Shown: piece after piece, positions 15,516 through 24,326 of the stretch
Layout of the letters: each line of letters opens with the position of its first letter
How positions within the stretch are numbered: the first letter of the stretch is position 1
From: Candidatus Aenigmarchaeota archaeon LH_S4
GTDB lineage: Archaea; Aenigmatarchaeota; Aenigmatarchaeia; QMZS01
Reading direction: 5' to 3'
DNA: 32,000 bases
NCBI GenBank assembly: GCA_023659975.1
Contig: JAGXOI010000003.1
Coordinates: 7,633 to 39,632 of the forward strand
Notes under the pieces: model-generated
Database searches by the model: none
What the model was told of the DNA's origin: nothing
Seen by the model: only the letters and a program-made list of their open reading frames with translations
Program-made: the position numbers and the translations under genes

Positions 15516-17303
15516 ATGTTTATGAAACCAAGATTTTTGTTGATTTTATCGGTGGTTATTATCCTATTTAGTTTAACCCCTACCTTAGCGCTAAAAGATA
15601 TAACAACTTATCTTCCTGCCGTCCAGGAGACAGATTATGGTTATGAAGGATCTCTTGCTACAATGACTATAAATATAAAGGAAGGAGGGGGCCATGTTTA
15701 CGTTGATACTTGGCCTTTAACTAAAATTGATACTCAGGCTTCAGCAAGGATTGCAAAACAGGTTGCCTGTGACACTTTGTATTTGGATTGCTCAAACTAT
15801 GACTTTTTTTATACAATCAGGTCAGAGGCACAGATTGTTGGGGGTCCAAGTGGGGGTGCAGCGATGACTGTTGCAACCTTGGCTTCCCTTCTTGACGTAG
15901 AAATTAACAATGATATTCTCTTAACAGGAACAATAAATTTAGATGGCTCAATAGGTCAAGTCTCTAAAGTTATTGAAAAAGCAGAAGCTGTCGCAGAGAA
16001 TGGAGACACATTTTTAGTTCCCTATGGACAGAGTGTTATTGAAATAGAGGAAACAACAAAAGAGAAGTCAGGACCTCTTGTTATTGAAGAAAAAACCCCA
16101 AAAAAAATAAACTTAAAAGAATATTCAAAAGAACACTGGAATTTAACGGTTAAAGAAATTAAAACTGTCCAGGAAGCATTCAAATACTTCACAGACTATG
16201 AAATTAAAACAGAAGATATAGAATTTAAAAAAACAGAAGAATACCAGAGGGTTATGAAAAAATTGGCAGATAATTTGCTCAACTATTCCGCTAAGTTAAA
16301 AAGAGAATGTGAAGAAAAACTCAGTGATTCAAAAATAGGTTACAACTATGAAAAACAAGTTTCTGCCCTCTGCGATTTATCTTTAGACAAAGCAAGAGAA
16401 AATTATGACAAAGAGAATTACTACTCTGGTGCATCATTAGCCTTCTCAAAATCAATTTCTTATAAATATGGGATTAATTTAATCTCTTTACTGGAGATAG
16501 AAGACAAAAAAACTTTTTTAAGGGAATACTTAAGAAGAGTAGAAGAAAAAATTTTTGAAGTTAACTCTTCAAACATAGAATTGTATGCAATTACAGAAGA
16601 AAGAATTTCTGAGACTCAGAAAAACATTGAAATTGCCTGGAAACATTATTATAATGGGGATTATATACAGGGAATTTATTACGCTTCTTTGGCAGACACG
16701 AGATTATATACTGCAAGTTTATGGAGGAATTATTCAAATCAGTTCCCGGATTATATAGAAACAACACAAGATTTAAAGGAGGTTTCTAATAATATACTCT
16801 CAGAGGTTTCTTCAATTTTAACTTACATTTCACTCACAACTACAAATAATTTTTTAGAGAAGGCAAATAATTTTTTGGATAAAGCAAGAGACAATTACAA
16901 TTCTGAGAATTATTATGCTGCGATTATAATTGGATTAAAGGCCAGGGCAAATGCAGAATTGGCTTCAGAGACTTTGCAAAGCAATATAGACTATTTAATA
17001 GAACTGCATAGAAAGAGGGCTTTGGTTTCAATAAATAAAACAAATTCCATAATTGGACAGAGTTATTTTGAATATGCGGAAATTTTGGAGGAAGATAATA
17101 AAGGTAGTTCTCTAATCTATTACACCTATTCGGAAAAACTTTCAAAACTAAATCAGTTGTTGAATAAAAAAATTGTGTCTGAAGAAATAGAACCAGAAAA
17201 ATATTTATCTCCGGTTTCATGCAATTATGAGAAAGCAATTCCTTTCTTTTTAATTTCTCTTGTCCTCTGTTCTTTTGCTGGTTTTATTGTTGGTAAATTA
17301 TGA
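15516..17303 (+). CDS. Secreted, C-terminally anchored S16 (Lon proteolytic domain)-like serine protease
   Basis: N-terminal signal/anchor FLLILSVVIILFSL. Lon-type catalytic region VGGPSGGAAMTVATLASLL...LLTGTINLDGSIGQVSKVIEKAEAVAENG (Ser...Lys dyad context). C-terminal TM FFLISLVLCSFAGFIVGKL. Three internal helical repeats (ARENYDKENYYSGASLAF / AWKHYYNGDYIQGIYYASLA / ARDNYNSENYYAAIIIGLKA). Confidence 0.65.
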   Translation: MFMKPRFLLILSVVIILFSLTPTLALKDITTYLPAVQETDYGYEGSLATMTINIKEGGGHVYVDTWPLTKIDTQASARIAKQVACDTLYLDCSNYDFFYTIRSEAQIVGGPSGGAAMTVATLASLLDVEINNDILLTGTINLDGSIGQVSKVIEKAEAVAENGDTFLVPYGQSVIEIEETTKEKSGPLVIEEKTPKKINLKEYSKEHWNLTVKEIKTVQEAFKYFTDYEIKTEDIEFKKTEEYQRVMKKLADNLLNYSAKLKRECEEKLSDSKIGYNYEKQVSALCDLSLDKARENYDKENYYSGASLAFSKSISYKYGINLISLLEIEDKKTFLREYLRRVEEKIFEVNSSNIELYAITEERISETQKNIEIAWKHYYNGDYIQGIYYASLADTRLYTASLWRNYSNQFPDYIETTQDLKEVSNNILSEVSSILTYISLTTTNNFLEKANNFLDKARDNYNSENYYAAIIIGLKARANAELASETLQSNIDYLIELHRKRALVSINKTNSIIGQSYFEYAEILEEDNKGSSLIYYTYSEKLSKLNQLLNKKIVSEEIEPEKYLSPVSCNYEKAIPFFLISLVLCSFAGFIVGKL

Positions 17304-18019
17304 TTCTTCCGAATATAATAATTTCAATTCCTCTTTTTAATTTAATTTTAATCTTTTTTTGTATTTTTATTGCTATTATAGGCTACTTTAAAAAAATCCT
17401 TGACTTTAAGTCCATGCTCTTTACCAGTTTTTTTGCTGTTTTTTTCCTTTATTTTTTCCCTTTATACTGGTTTGCTTCCCTATTGATTCTATATATAACT
17501 ACCTCTTTTGCAACTCAATACAAAAGAGAATACAAGATGGTTGCTCACAGGAAAGGAAGAGAACTAAAAAACCTGATTAGCAACCTTCTCCCTTCTCTAT
17601 TATTTTCTTTTGTTTATTTATTCTTTCCAAAACCAATAATTTATTTTGCTTTTCTCTGCGGGATTTCCTGTGCCTGCGCTGACACTCTCTCATCAGAGAT
17701 AGGACAATTAAGTAGGAAAAATCCTAAGTTGATTACAACTTTTGAAGAAGTTAAAACAGGAACTGAAGGGGCAGTTTCTCATTTGGGGTGGGGAGTTGGC
17801 TTTATCGGTGCTTTAATAGTTTCTCTTCCTTCTCTTTACCTCAGTACCAGTTTCTTTGTTTTGGCAATAATAATTGGTTTCCTTGGATGTAATCTAGATT
17901 CTTTTATTGGAGCAAGATTTGAATTAAAAGGAAAATGTTCTAATAAAACAACAAATCTGATTGCAACAACTTCTTCAAGTATTCTTGGCTTGATTATCTT
18001 TATTCTTCTTTTAAGTTAA
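17300..18019 (+). CDS. DUF92/TMEM19-family integral membrane protein
   Basis: CACADTLSSEIGQLS, GTEGAVSHLG and NLDSFIGA match DUF92 signatures. Its ATGA overlap with the upstream gene suggests translational coupling. Confidence 0.65.
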   Translation: MILPNIIISIPLFNLILIFFCIFIAIIGYFKKILDFKSMLFTSFFAVFFLYFFPLYWFASLLILYITTSFATQYKREYKMVAHRKGRELKNLISNLLPSLLFSFVYLFFPKPIIYFAFLCGISCACADTLSSEIGQLSRKNPKLITTFEEVKTGTEGAVSHLGWGVGFIGALIVSLPSLYLSTSFFVLAIIIGFLGCNLDSFIGARFELKGKCSNKTTNLIATTSSSILGLIIFILLLS

Positions 18020-18152
18020 CCATCTGGTTAACTTTGAATTTGTTTTATAAATGCTTTTTCTTCAACCATATTATCCTCAAATATCTTCTTTTCAACTTAA
18101 TTTTCTTTGCCAACTCTTCAGCCTTCAAAGGAATTGGTTTTATATTTAATTT

Positions 18153-18221
18153 CTAGGCAAGCCGGGAAATCTTTGGTGGATAAATATATTTGAACTAGCT
18201 TTCTTGGGACTTTATCTGTAA
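18153..18221 (-). other. Mini-locus carrying the 26-nt RNase P-like 5' segment plus a CR-V-like motif (function and strand unknown)
   Basis: The minus strand reads UUACAGAUAAAGUCCCAAGAAAGCUA-(29 nt)-CCCGGCUUGCCUAG. The first 26 nt are identical to 1175-1200. AAAGAUUUCCCGGCUUG resembles CR-V (ACAGAAnnnGGCUUA). Confidence 0.3.
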
Positions 18222-18390
18222 AGTAAAAATCAAGGTTGCTGTTATAATGTATGGATTTGATGTTAGAAACACCAAACAGGAAAAACAAATTAACCAGATT
18301 AATTTTGCTCTGGGTCTAATTTATGAACAAATGAATCTCTGTGAACATATTCGTAGAATCTCATACTCTTATCTAAAGTCTAATAAAACT

Positions 18391-19332
18391 TTACTCAAAT
18401 TTATTAACAACCTTTGAATCCTTATTCTTTAGCAAAACAATTCTTGAATTCTCTGACCTATCTTCAAATTTGTAATTACTTTTTTTTGAAATTTCCAAAG
18501 CAAACTTTTTTATCTCTTCAAAATCAGGCATTTTTTCATCTCCCAATCTCTTTTTTGAGTAACCCAAACTCATAAACGCTTTTACTTCAACAAAATCAGG
18601 GTTCCCCTTTTCTATTAATTTTAGATATCCTTTTATATCTTCAGAGGAATTGTTAAGACCTTTAATTAAAGTTAATCTTAAAATTCTTCTACCTTTAAAA
18701 CTGTGCATTATTTCCAAACTTTCGTTGAATTTATTCCAAGCATTTTCTCCTATGGGTCTACATATTTCTAAAAATTTTTCTTCATTTGGGGCATTTAGAG
18801 AAATATACAACTGAAAATTTTTCTTTGGTTTTAACAAAGACAAAACATCTGGCCTTGTTCCATTAGTTACTAAAAAAACTGTTCTACCTTTATTTGTTAG
18901 ATAGTCGATCAATTCTATAAGTTTTGGATAAAGAGTTGGCTCCCCTGATAATGAAATTGCAAAATGGTTTGGCTCAAGAGCTTCTTTTAACTTTTTTTTG
19001 TCAGAGATACTCCCTCCAAACCCAGAAAGTAATTTTTTCCTCTGTTCAATTAGTTTTTCTACAATTTCCCCTGGTTTGTCAATTTCTTCTGGAATTTTGT
19101 TCCTAAAAAGTTCATTTGGAGACCAGCAAAATAAACATCTCAGGTTGCAGAAAACAACACTTGGTGAAAACTGCATACATCTGTGGCAGTCAATCCCATA
19201 AAATTTTTCTTTGTAGCAGAAACCCTCCCCTCTTAAACTTCTTTTTGTCCACTCACAAATCTGTACTCCTGAATGGTTAAATATTTTATAGTGTTTTTTT
19301 TCTAATTCTTTTCTCAATTTTTCATTTAACAT
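18391..19332 (-). CDS. taw1: tRNA 4-demethylwyosine synthase (radical SAM, Taw1/TYW1)
   Basis: Radical-SAM cluster CNLRCLFCW. An upstream Cys cluster (CYKEKFYGIDCHRC) for the second Fe-S site. Length and layout fit Taw1. Confidence 0.8.
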   Translation of the reverse strand: MLNEKLRKELEKKHYKIFNHSGVQICEWTKRSLRGEGFCYKEKFYGIDCHRCMQFSPSVVFCNLRCLFCWSPNELFRNKIPEEIDKPGEIVEKLIEQRKKLLSGFGGSISDKKKLKEALEPNHFAISLSGEPTLYPKLIELIDYLTNKGRTVFLVTNGTRPDVLSLLKPKKNFQLYISLNAPNEEKFLEICRPIGENAWNKFNESLEIMHSFKGRRILRLTLIKGLNNSSEDIKGYLKLIEKGNPDFVEVKAFMSLGYSKKRLGDEKMPDFEEIKKFALEISKKSNYKFEDRSENSRIVLLKNKDSKVVNKFE

Positions 19333-19372
19333 AATCTAATAATTCATTAATCAACACAGAAATAAAATTAAA

Positions 19373-19981
19373 CTATTTCAATTTTTCTTCTTCTAATTTA
19401 AAACCTTTTTCTGTAATCTCAACAATCCAGAGTTTTTCTCCTCCAGAAGCCATATCTCTCTGCGTAGCACTTTTTATAGCCTCTCTTATCAGCTTTTTTC
19501 CCTGCTCAATTGTCATTCCTTCCCTAAAATCTTTTTCCAGGACTCCATAAACAAAGGGAGAACCTGAACCTGTAGAAACATAATTCTCTTTCATACAGGA
19601 ACCTGTTGGATCAAACGAGAATATATAAGATCCGGTTGAGTCTATTCCACCAATAATAATTTGTGTATAATAAGGGAACATTCTTCTTGAGTACATAATC
19701 TGGGATAACAAATGTGCTACAGCACTAATCTTCATTTCTTCATTCGTCTCCAGTTTGTGAAGTGAAATTTCGGCTTTCAAAATATTTATTAATTGCTGTG
19801 CATCACTTACCATTCCTGCAATTGTTATCCCAATTTTATCATCTATCTTAAAAACTTTCTGAACATCCTTGTTTACTATCATATTACCCATAGAAGCTTT
19901 GGATTCAGAGGCAAGTAAAATACCTTCTTTACAAACCATTCCTACTGTCGTTGTCCCTGTGTTTAGTAATTTACCTTCCAT
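19373..19981 (-). CDS. psmB: Proteasome subunit beta
   Basis: A short propeptide is followed by the active-site TTTVGMVCKEGILLASE. 202 aa. Confidence 0.9.
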   Translation of the reverse strand: MEGKLLNTGTTTVGMVCKEGILLASESKASMGNMIVNKDVQKVFKIDDKIGITIAGMVSDAQQLINILKAEISLHKLETNEEMKISAVAHLLSQIMYSRRMFPYYTQIIIGGIDSTGSYIFSFDPTGSCMKENYVSTGSGSPFVYGVLEKDFREGMTIEQGKKLIREAIKSATQRDMASGGEKLWIVEITEKGFKLEEEKLK

Positions 19982-20152
19982 AATATTTACTAAACTTTTA
20001 AATAGTTAAGGCTTTTATTGAACAGATAAAAAGGCTTAAAAAATGGTATGCACCTTTATAACTCTTTTATTTAATGCAAAAATCAAACTAACATATTTTT
20101 CCAAAGCATAGCAGTTAAATTAAATGGTTAATAAATTGCGGAAACTAATTAT

Positions 20153-20372
20153 GGGCTCGTGGTCCAGTGGCTAAGATTTCAATAGCAAACGTCGCGTTCA
20201 CAGGAGCTTTTCTTTCTTTAAGAAAAATAATTAAATAGTGGTGGTAATCTAAACTCTGAAATTCGCGAAGATCGAGAGTTCAATGCAACTTTTCTCAGGA
20301 AAAGTTTTTTCTCTGAAAAAACAAGAACTGCACTGAAATTGGTGCAGAAGAGGGGGAATCTCTCCGAGCCCA
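20153..20372 (+). tRNA. tRNA-Val: tRNA-Val(CAC) with three putative introns
   Basis: Exons 20153-20176, 20190-20202, 20263-20281 and 20356-20372 assemble into a 73-nt cloverleaf. Acceptor GGGCUCG/CGAGCCC, A73, D-stem GUCC/AGAC, anticodon stem UCGCG/CGCGA, loop UUCACAU, T-arm GAGAG-UUCGAAU-CUCUC. Introns: 13 nt (D-arm), 60 nt (canonical 37/38) and 74 nt (T-loop). Confidence 0.7.
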
Positions 20373-20469
20373 TCATTCAATATACAATCTAAAGGTTTTC
20401 CACAACAACTCTATTATTCTCCTACAGTATTCACATTTAACTCTAATTTTATTTTTAGTTTTTATTATT

Positions 20470-20991
20470 ATGTTAGATATTATAATTAATAGTTTTTGGT
20501 TGATTATTCCTGCTTATTGTGCTAACCTCTCCCCAGTTTTATTAAAAGGAAAATATCCAATAGATTTCAGAAAGAATTTTGTTGATGGATTTAGATTGTT
20601 TGGGGATGGAAAAACAATAGAGGGTCTCTTTGGGGGTGTTTTTTTCGGAATTTTTATAGGATTATTACTTATTTATCTACAGCCTTTTATAACTCAATTC
20701 TACGCTTTACATTTTCAGCACAATTTTTTGACAATCTTCTTATTAACCACCGGAGCAATTTTAGGAGATATAGTTGGTTCCTTTATTAAGAGGAGGTTTA
20801 GAATTAAGAGAGGAGATCCAACACCTATTTTGGATCAACTAGATTTTCTAATTTTGGCTTTAGTTATTGTTTCTATTATAATAGATTTAAAGTTGTCTTG
20901 GGTAATTTTCCTTGTAATAGTTACCCCTCTACTCCATTATTCTGCAAATATATGCGCTTTTCTACTGAAATTAAAGAGCAAACCTTGGTAA
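20470..20991 (+). CDS. carS: CDP-archaeol synthase (CarS, DUF46)
   Basis: IPAYCANLSPVLLKG..PIDF...DGFRLFGDGKTIEG matches the CarS N-terminal signature. 173 aa with several TM helices. Confidence 0.75.
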   Translation: MLDIIINSFWLIIPAYCANLSPVLLKGKYPIDFRKNFVDGFRLFGDGKTIEGLFGGVFFGIFIGLLLIYLQPFITQFYALHFQHNFLTIFLLTTGAILGDIVGSFIKRRFRIKRGDPTPILDQLDFLILALVIVSIIIDLKLSWVIFLVIVTPLLHYSANICAFLLKLKSKPW

Positions 20992-20994
20992 TTA

Positions 20995-23028
20995 TTATTT
21001 CTCTTTTTTAGATTTTTTCTCCCTCCAGTTTTCTTTACTCTTACACTTTGGGTCCAAGCACATATTAAAAGGTCTTCTGCCTTTCCTGATTATTTTTAAA
21101 ATTGGTGTGCTACAATCCTTGCAGATTTTTCCTGTTTTTTCTATTCCGCAATTTCTTGGTAGAGGGAAGGAATTTTTACATTTAGGGTAGTTAGAACATC
21201 CGATAAATCTTGAGCCATTATACATCTTTATAAATTTCAGTTGTCCACCACATTTACATTCTCCTACTACGTTTTGTTTTTCTTTTGTTTCTTCAACAGA
21301 ACTTAAGAGGGATTTACCAATCTCTTTTTCCTTAAACTTTCCAAAAGTTTTTTCAAGTATTTCCTTTGCTTCATCCAAAACCTTTTCTCTCTTTTTTTTG
21401 TCTTGCTCAACCGCTTCCATCTCTTTCTCAAATTTTGCTGTGAGGTCTTCAGACAAGAATTCTGGAGCATATTTATCTAAAGTTTTTACAACACTTCTAC
21501 CCAAATTTGTAACTTTTATTTTTTGTCCTTCACAATAATTCCTATCGTACAACGTTTTAATAATCATAGCTCTTGTACTTTTTGTACCAAGATTTCTTTT
21601 CTCTAATTCTCTTACAAGACTTGCCTGAGTATATCTATTTGGTGGCTTGGTTTCTTTTTCCAACAAATTTAATTTATCAACAATCAAGACTTCCTCCTCT
21701 TTTAAATCTGGGAGTTCAATTTCCTCTATTTTTGCAAAAGGATAAAATTCAAGCCAATTCTTTTTTATTGTTTTTGAACCAGAACAATAAAATTTATATT
21801 TTTCTATATTTGCAAAAATTTTTACAGATAACCTTTCTGCAGGCTCTCCGAAAACAGAAAAGAATCTGTGAACGATTAGAGAATAAATTTTTTCTTCTTC
21901 ACCTTTGAGTTTTTTTGGAAGTTCTCCTGTTGGATGTATTGAAGGGTGTGCGGGATCACTCTTTTTTCCTTCCATTGGTTTTAATTCTTTTTTTAACAAT
22001 TTTTTTCCAACCTCAAAAATTTTACTTAATTTTTCAATAATTTTTTTATAGTCTATTGAGGAGGGTATTTTTTGGGAACTTGTTCTTGGATAAGAAATCA
22101 AACCTTGTAGGTATAATCTCTGTGCTATTGCCTGTGTTCTTGATGGACTAAAACCAAAAACTTTATAGGCTTCTAATTGTAGGTTGGTTAAGTTGAAAGG
22201 TACAGGAGGATTAAGGCGCATTTTTTTTGTTTTTATTTCAGAAACAACAGCATTTTTGTCTTTACACTTTCTAAATATTTTTTCAGCATTTTCTTTCTCC
22301 CAAATTTTACTTATGCTGTAATTAAAAGTTAGAGGTTCTGGAAATTCTTTTTCTTCTGATTTTGAAGTTAGAAAATTTAATTGCCAAAAGGGAATAGGAA
22401 CAAATTCTTCTATCTCTTTTTCTCTATTTGCAAGAATTGCCAAGGTTGGCCCCTGGACTCTGCCAGAAGAGAGCAAGTAATATCTATTTGAAGCAGTTTT
22501 TATGGAAGCTGTTAATGCTTTGGTAATATTAACTCCGTAGAAATAATCTAGATAATGTCTGGTTAAACCAGATTCAGCAAGCCCACGATTATAACCTTTT
22601 TTTCTCTTCAGAAATGCTTTTTGAAGTTCATCTTTTGTTAAGGTGGAAAATTCCATTCTCGAGACTTTTGCTTTTTTGCAGAGGAAACGGTAGATATTGT
22701 ATCCAATAACTTCTCCTTCAATATCTAAATCTGTAGCAATTGTTACTTCCTTAGAAAACTTTCCTAAATAAGATAGGAGTTGATAGAAATTTTTTGTGAA
22801 TTTATTTTTCTTGAAACTTGGTTGCCACTCCAAATCAAAATTTGGGTACTTTTTTCTTATTTTATCTTTTAAAGTGAAAAGGTGACCTGCCGCTGATGCA
22901 ACAATAATTCCAGAGGGGGATTCATAGTAATTAGTAGAATATTTTTTCTTTGTAGTATATTTTTCTAAAATAGACTCAGCAATTTTTTTCGCTGCTGTAG
23001 GTTTCTCTGCAAGGATTAACTGAACCAT
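20995..23028 (-). CDS. topA: DNA topoisomerase, type IA
   Basis: Toprim start LILAEKPTAAKKIA and DLDIEGEVIG. Catalytic-Tyr region ISYPRTSSQ. C-terminal Zn ribbons (CKCGG...GCSNYPKC, CKDCS...CLDPKC). Confidence 0.9.
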   Translation of the reverse strand: MVQLILAEKPTAAKKIAESILEKYTTKKKYSTNYYESPSGIIVASAAGHLFTLKDKIRKKYPNFDLEWQPSFKKNKFTKNFYQLLSYLGKFSKEVTIATDLDIEGEVIGYNIYRFLCKKAKVSRMEFSTLTKDELQKAFLKRKKGYNRGLAESGLTRHYLDYFYGVNITKALTASIKTASNRYYLLSSGRVQGPTLAILANREKEIEEFVPIPFWQLNFLTSKSEEKEFPEPLTFNYSISKIWEKENAEKIFRKCKDKNAVVSEIKTKKMRLNPPVPFNLTNLQLEAYKVFGFSPSRTQAIAQRLYLQGLISYPRTSSQKIPSSIDYKKIIEKLSKIFEVGKKLLKKELKPMEGKKSDPAHPSIHPTGELPKKLKGEEEKIYSLIVHRFFSVFGEPAERLSVKIFANIEKYKFYCSGSKTIKKNWLEFYPFAKIEEIELPDLKEEEVLIVDKLNLLEKETKPPNRYTQASLVRELEKRNLGTKSTRAMIIKTLYDRNYCEGQKIKVTNLGRSVVKTLDKYAPEFLSEDLTAKFEKEMEAVEQDKKKREKVLDEAKEILEKTFGKFKEKEIGKSLLSSVEETKEKQNVVGECKCGGQLKFIKMYNGSRFIGCSNYPKCKNSFPLPRNCGIEKTGKICKDCSTPILKIIRKGRRPFNMCLDPKCKSKENWREKKSKKEK

Positions 23029-23040
23029 ACAATTTTTATT

Positions 23041-23853
23041 TTAAAAAAACAAAGAAGTTAAAAAAGAAAAAATAACTAGGAACATAACAACTTTAATTAA
23101 TTTTTGGGCAACTTTTACATCCCTAACAGTTAATATACTTAGACAAATAAAAAAACACAAAATAGCAAGAACCAAATAAATTAATCCAAACCCTTTAAAA
23201 AAGAAAGGGAGAAACAAAAAAACCGAGCCAACAAATATCAAAATTTTCCCCAAGATTGTTGCTTTAAATTCACCAAAAACAATTGGCAAAGTTCTTGCTC
23301 CAATGATTTTATCTCCTTTTATATCTTCAACATCCTTGAGAACTTCTCTCCCATAATTTCCAAAAAAAGCGATTATTGCAAGAATTGTTGTAGTTGATGT
23401 TAGAAGCTCGGTAAAACCACCAGAAATCAAAACTGGTGCCAAAAAAACAGAGCAGGCGAGCCAGCTATCTATAGGATTTCCAAGTAAGGTTTTTTTGAAT
23501 TTTCTCGAATACATAAAAATCAAAATTGAATTAAGCAGAGCAAGAAAAAAGAAATTTAAAGAAACAAAACCTGAAATTATTAATCCAATTAAACCCAAAA
23601 CAAGGTAAAAAATAATTGCTTCCTTTTTAGATATTTTCCCTGATGGAAGAGGTCTTTCAGGTTTGTTTATTTTATCTATCTCAAAATCAAAGAAGTCATT
23701 TATTGTATTACCAGAAGCAGAAAACAAAAAAACCACCAAAATCGGCAAAATCCATAACTCAAAAGGAATACCTACCAAAAGTAAACCAACAATTAATCCA
23801 AAAATAGATAATAAACAAACGCTTGGCCTAATTAACTTTAGATAAGGGTTCAT
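23041..23853 (-). CDS. UbiA-family prenyltransferase, digeranylgeranylglyceryl phosphate synthase-like
   Basis: NTINDFFDFEIDKINKPERPLPSG (NxxxDxxxD motif). Second Asp-rich region KDVEDIKGDK. About eight TM helices. 270 aa. Confidence 0.75.
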   Translation of the reverse strand: MNPYLKLIRPSVCLLSIFGLIVGLLLVGIPFELWILPILVVFLFSASGNTINDFFDFEIDKINKPERPLPSGKISKKEAIIFYLVLGLIGLIISGFVSLNFFFLALLNSILIFMYSRKFKKTLLGNPIDSWLACSVFLAPVLISGGFTELLTSTTTILAIIAFFGNYGREVLKDVEDIKGDKIIGARTLPIVFGEFKATILGKILIFVGSVFLFLPFFFKGFGLIYLVLAILCFFICLSILTVRDVKVAQKLIKVVMFLVIFSFLTSLFF

Positions 23854-23951
23854 AAGTTAGATAGAAACTTGTTATATTTAAATTGCTTGTGGTACTTAAA
23901 AGATTCCAAAACAGGCTTTAGGTAGAATAATTTCATAAATATAAACAACTA

Positions 23952-24287
23952 TTATTTTTCTTTTATTAGTTTTGTAGTTATCTGCTCACCTTCTTTATCC
24001 AAACCTCCAAAATCAGTAATTGCAAGACTAGAACAACTAACAGATAATTTTGCTGACTTTCCAAGTTCTGATTTTGAAGGAACTTCTAATAATTTAACCC
24101 CTTTTTCTTTGCACAAAATTGGAATATGCATCAATATTTCTTTTGGGTCAACATCCTGAGCATTTACCACAAGTTTGGCATCTCCCTTTTCAACCTGTTT
24201 TGTAACCTCATTTACACCTTTAGCTATCTTACCTTTCTCTGCAACTTTCTCTATAAGTCCATATAAAGACTTAACATCTTCTGTCAT
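23952..24287 (-). CDS. rpl7ae: Ribosomal protein L7Ae (eL8 family, K-turn binder)
   Basis: KGVNEVTKQVEKGDAKLVVNAQDVDPKEILMHIPILCKEKGV matches the L7Ae core. Confidence 0.85.
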   Translation of the reverse strand: MTEDVKSLYGLIEKVAEKGKIAKGVNEVTKQVEKGDAKLVVNAQDVDPKEILMHIPILCKEKGVKLLEVPSKSELGKSAKLSVSCSSLAITDFGGLDKEGEQITTKLIKEK

Positions 24288-24326
24288 AATTTAAGATTAA
24301 AAATATTTAAGCATCAACTATTAGAA

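Noticed and set aside
1175-18221. The 26-bp inverted repeats as terminal inverted repeats of a 17-kb composite transposon, or as sites of a programmed invertible segment.
   Set aside because: The interior consists of core housekeeping genes (valS, ileS, trm1, Sm). There are no flanking target-site duplications (the flanks differ), and no transposase or invertase gene is present. An evolutionary inversion scar remains possible and is discussed in the findings.
18015-18299. The palindrome GTTAACCA-TC-TGGTTAAC at the DUF92 stop (18015-18032), and a 10-bp inverted match (atctggttaa 18022-18031 / ttaaccagat 18290-18299) flanking the mini-locus as possible MITE ends.
   Set aside because: A 10-mer match within ~300 bp of AT-rich sequence is plausibly chance. 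No target-site duplication was seen. The palindrome itself may simply be a terminator-like hairpin.
18247-18417. 56-codon plus-strand ORF (MYGFDVRNTKQEKQINQINFALGLIYEQMNLCEHIRRISYSYLKSNKTLLKFINNL*).
   Set aside because: No recognisable motif. It overlaps the 3' end of taw1 on the other strand and lies in a spacer full of rearrangement debris. It is kept only as a note.
20203-20262. A C/D-box sRNA embedded in the canonical intron of tRNA-Val(CAC) (GUGGUGG ... CUGA).
   Set aside because: The putative C box lacks the two conserved A residues of RUGAUGA needed for the K-turn. No D'/C' pair and no terminal stem were seen.
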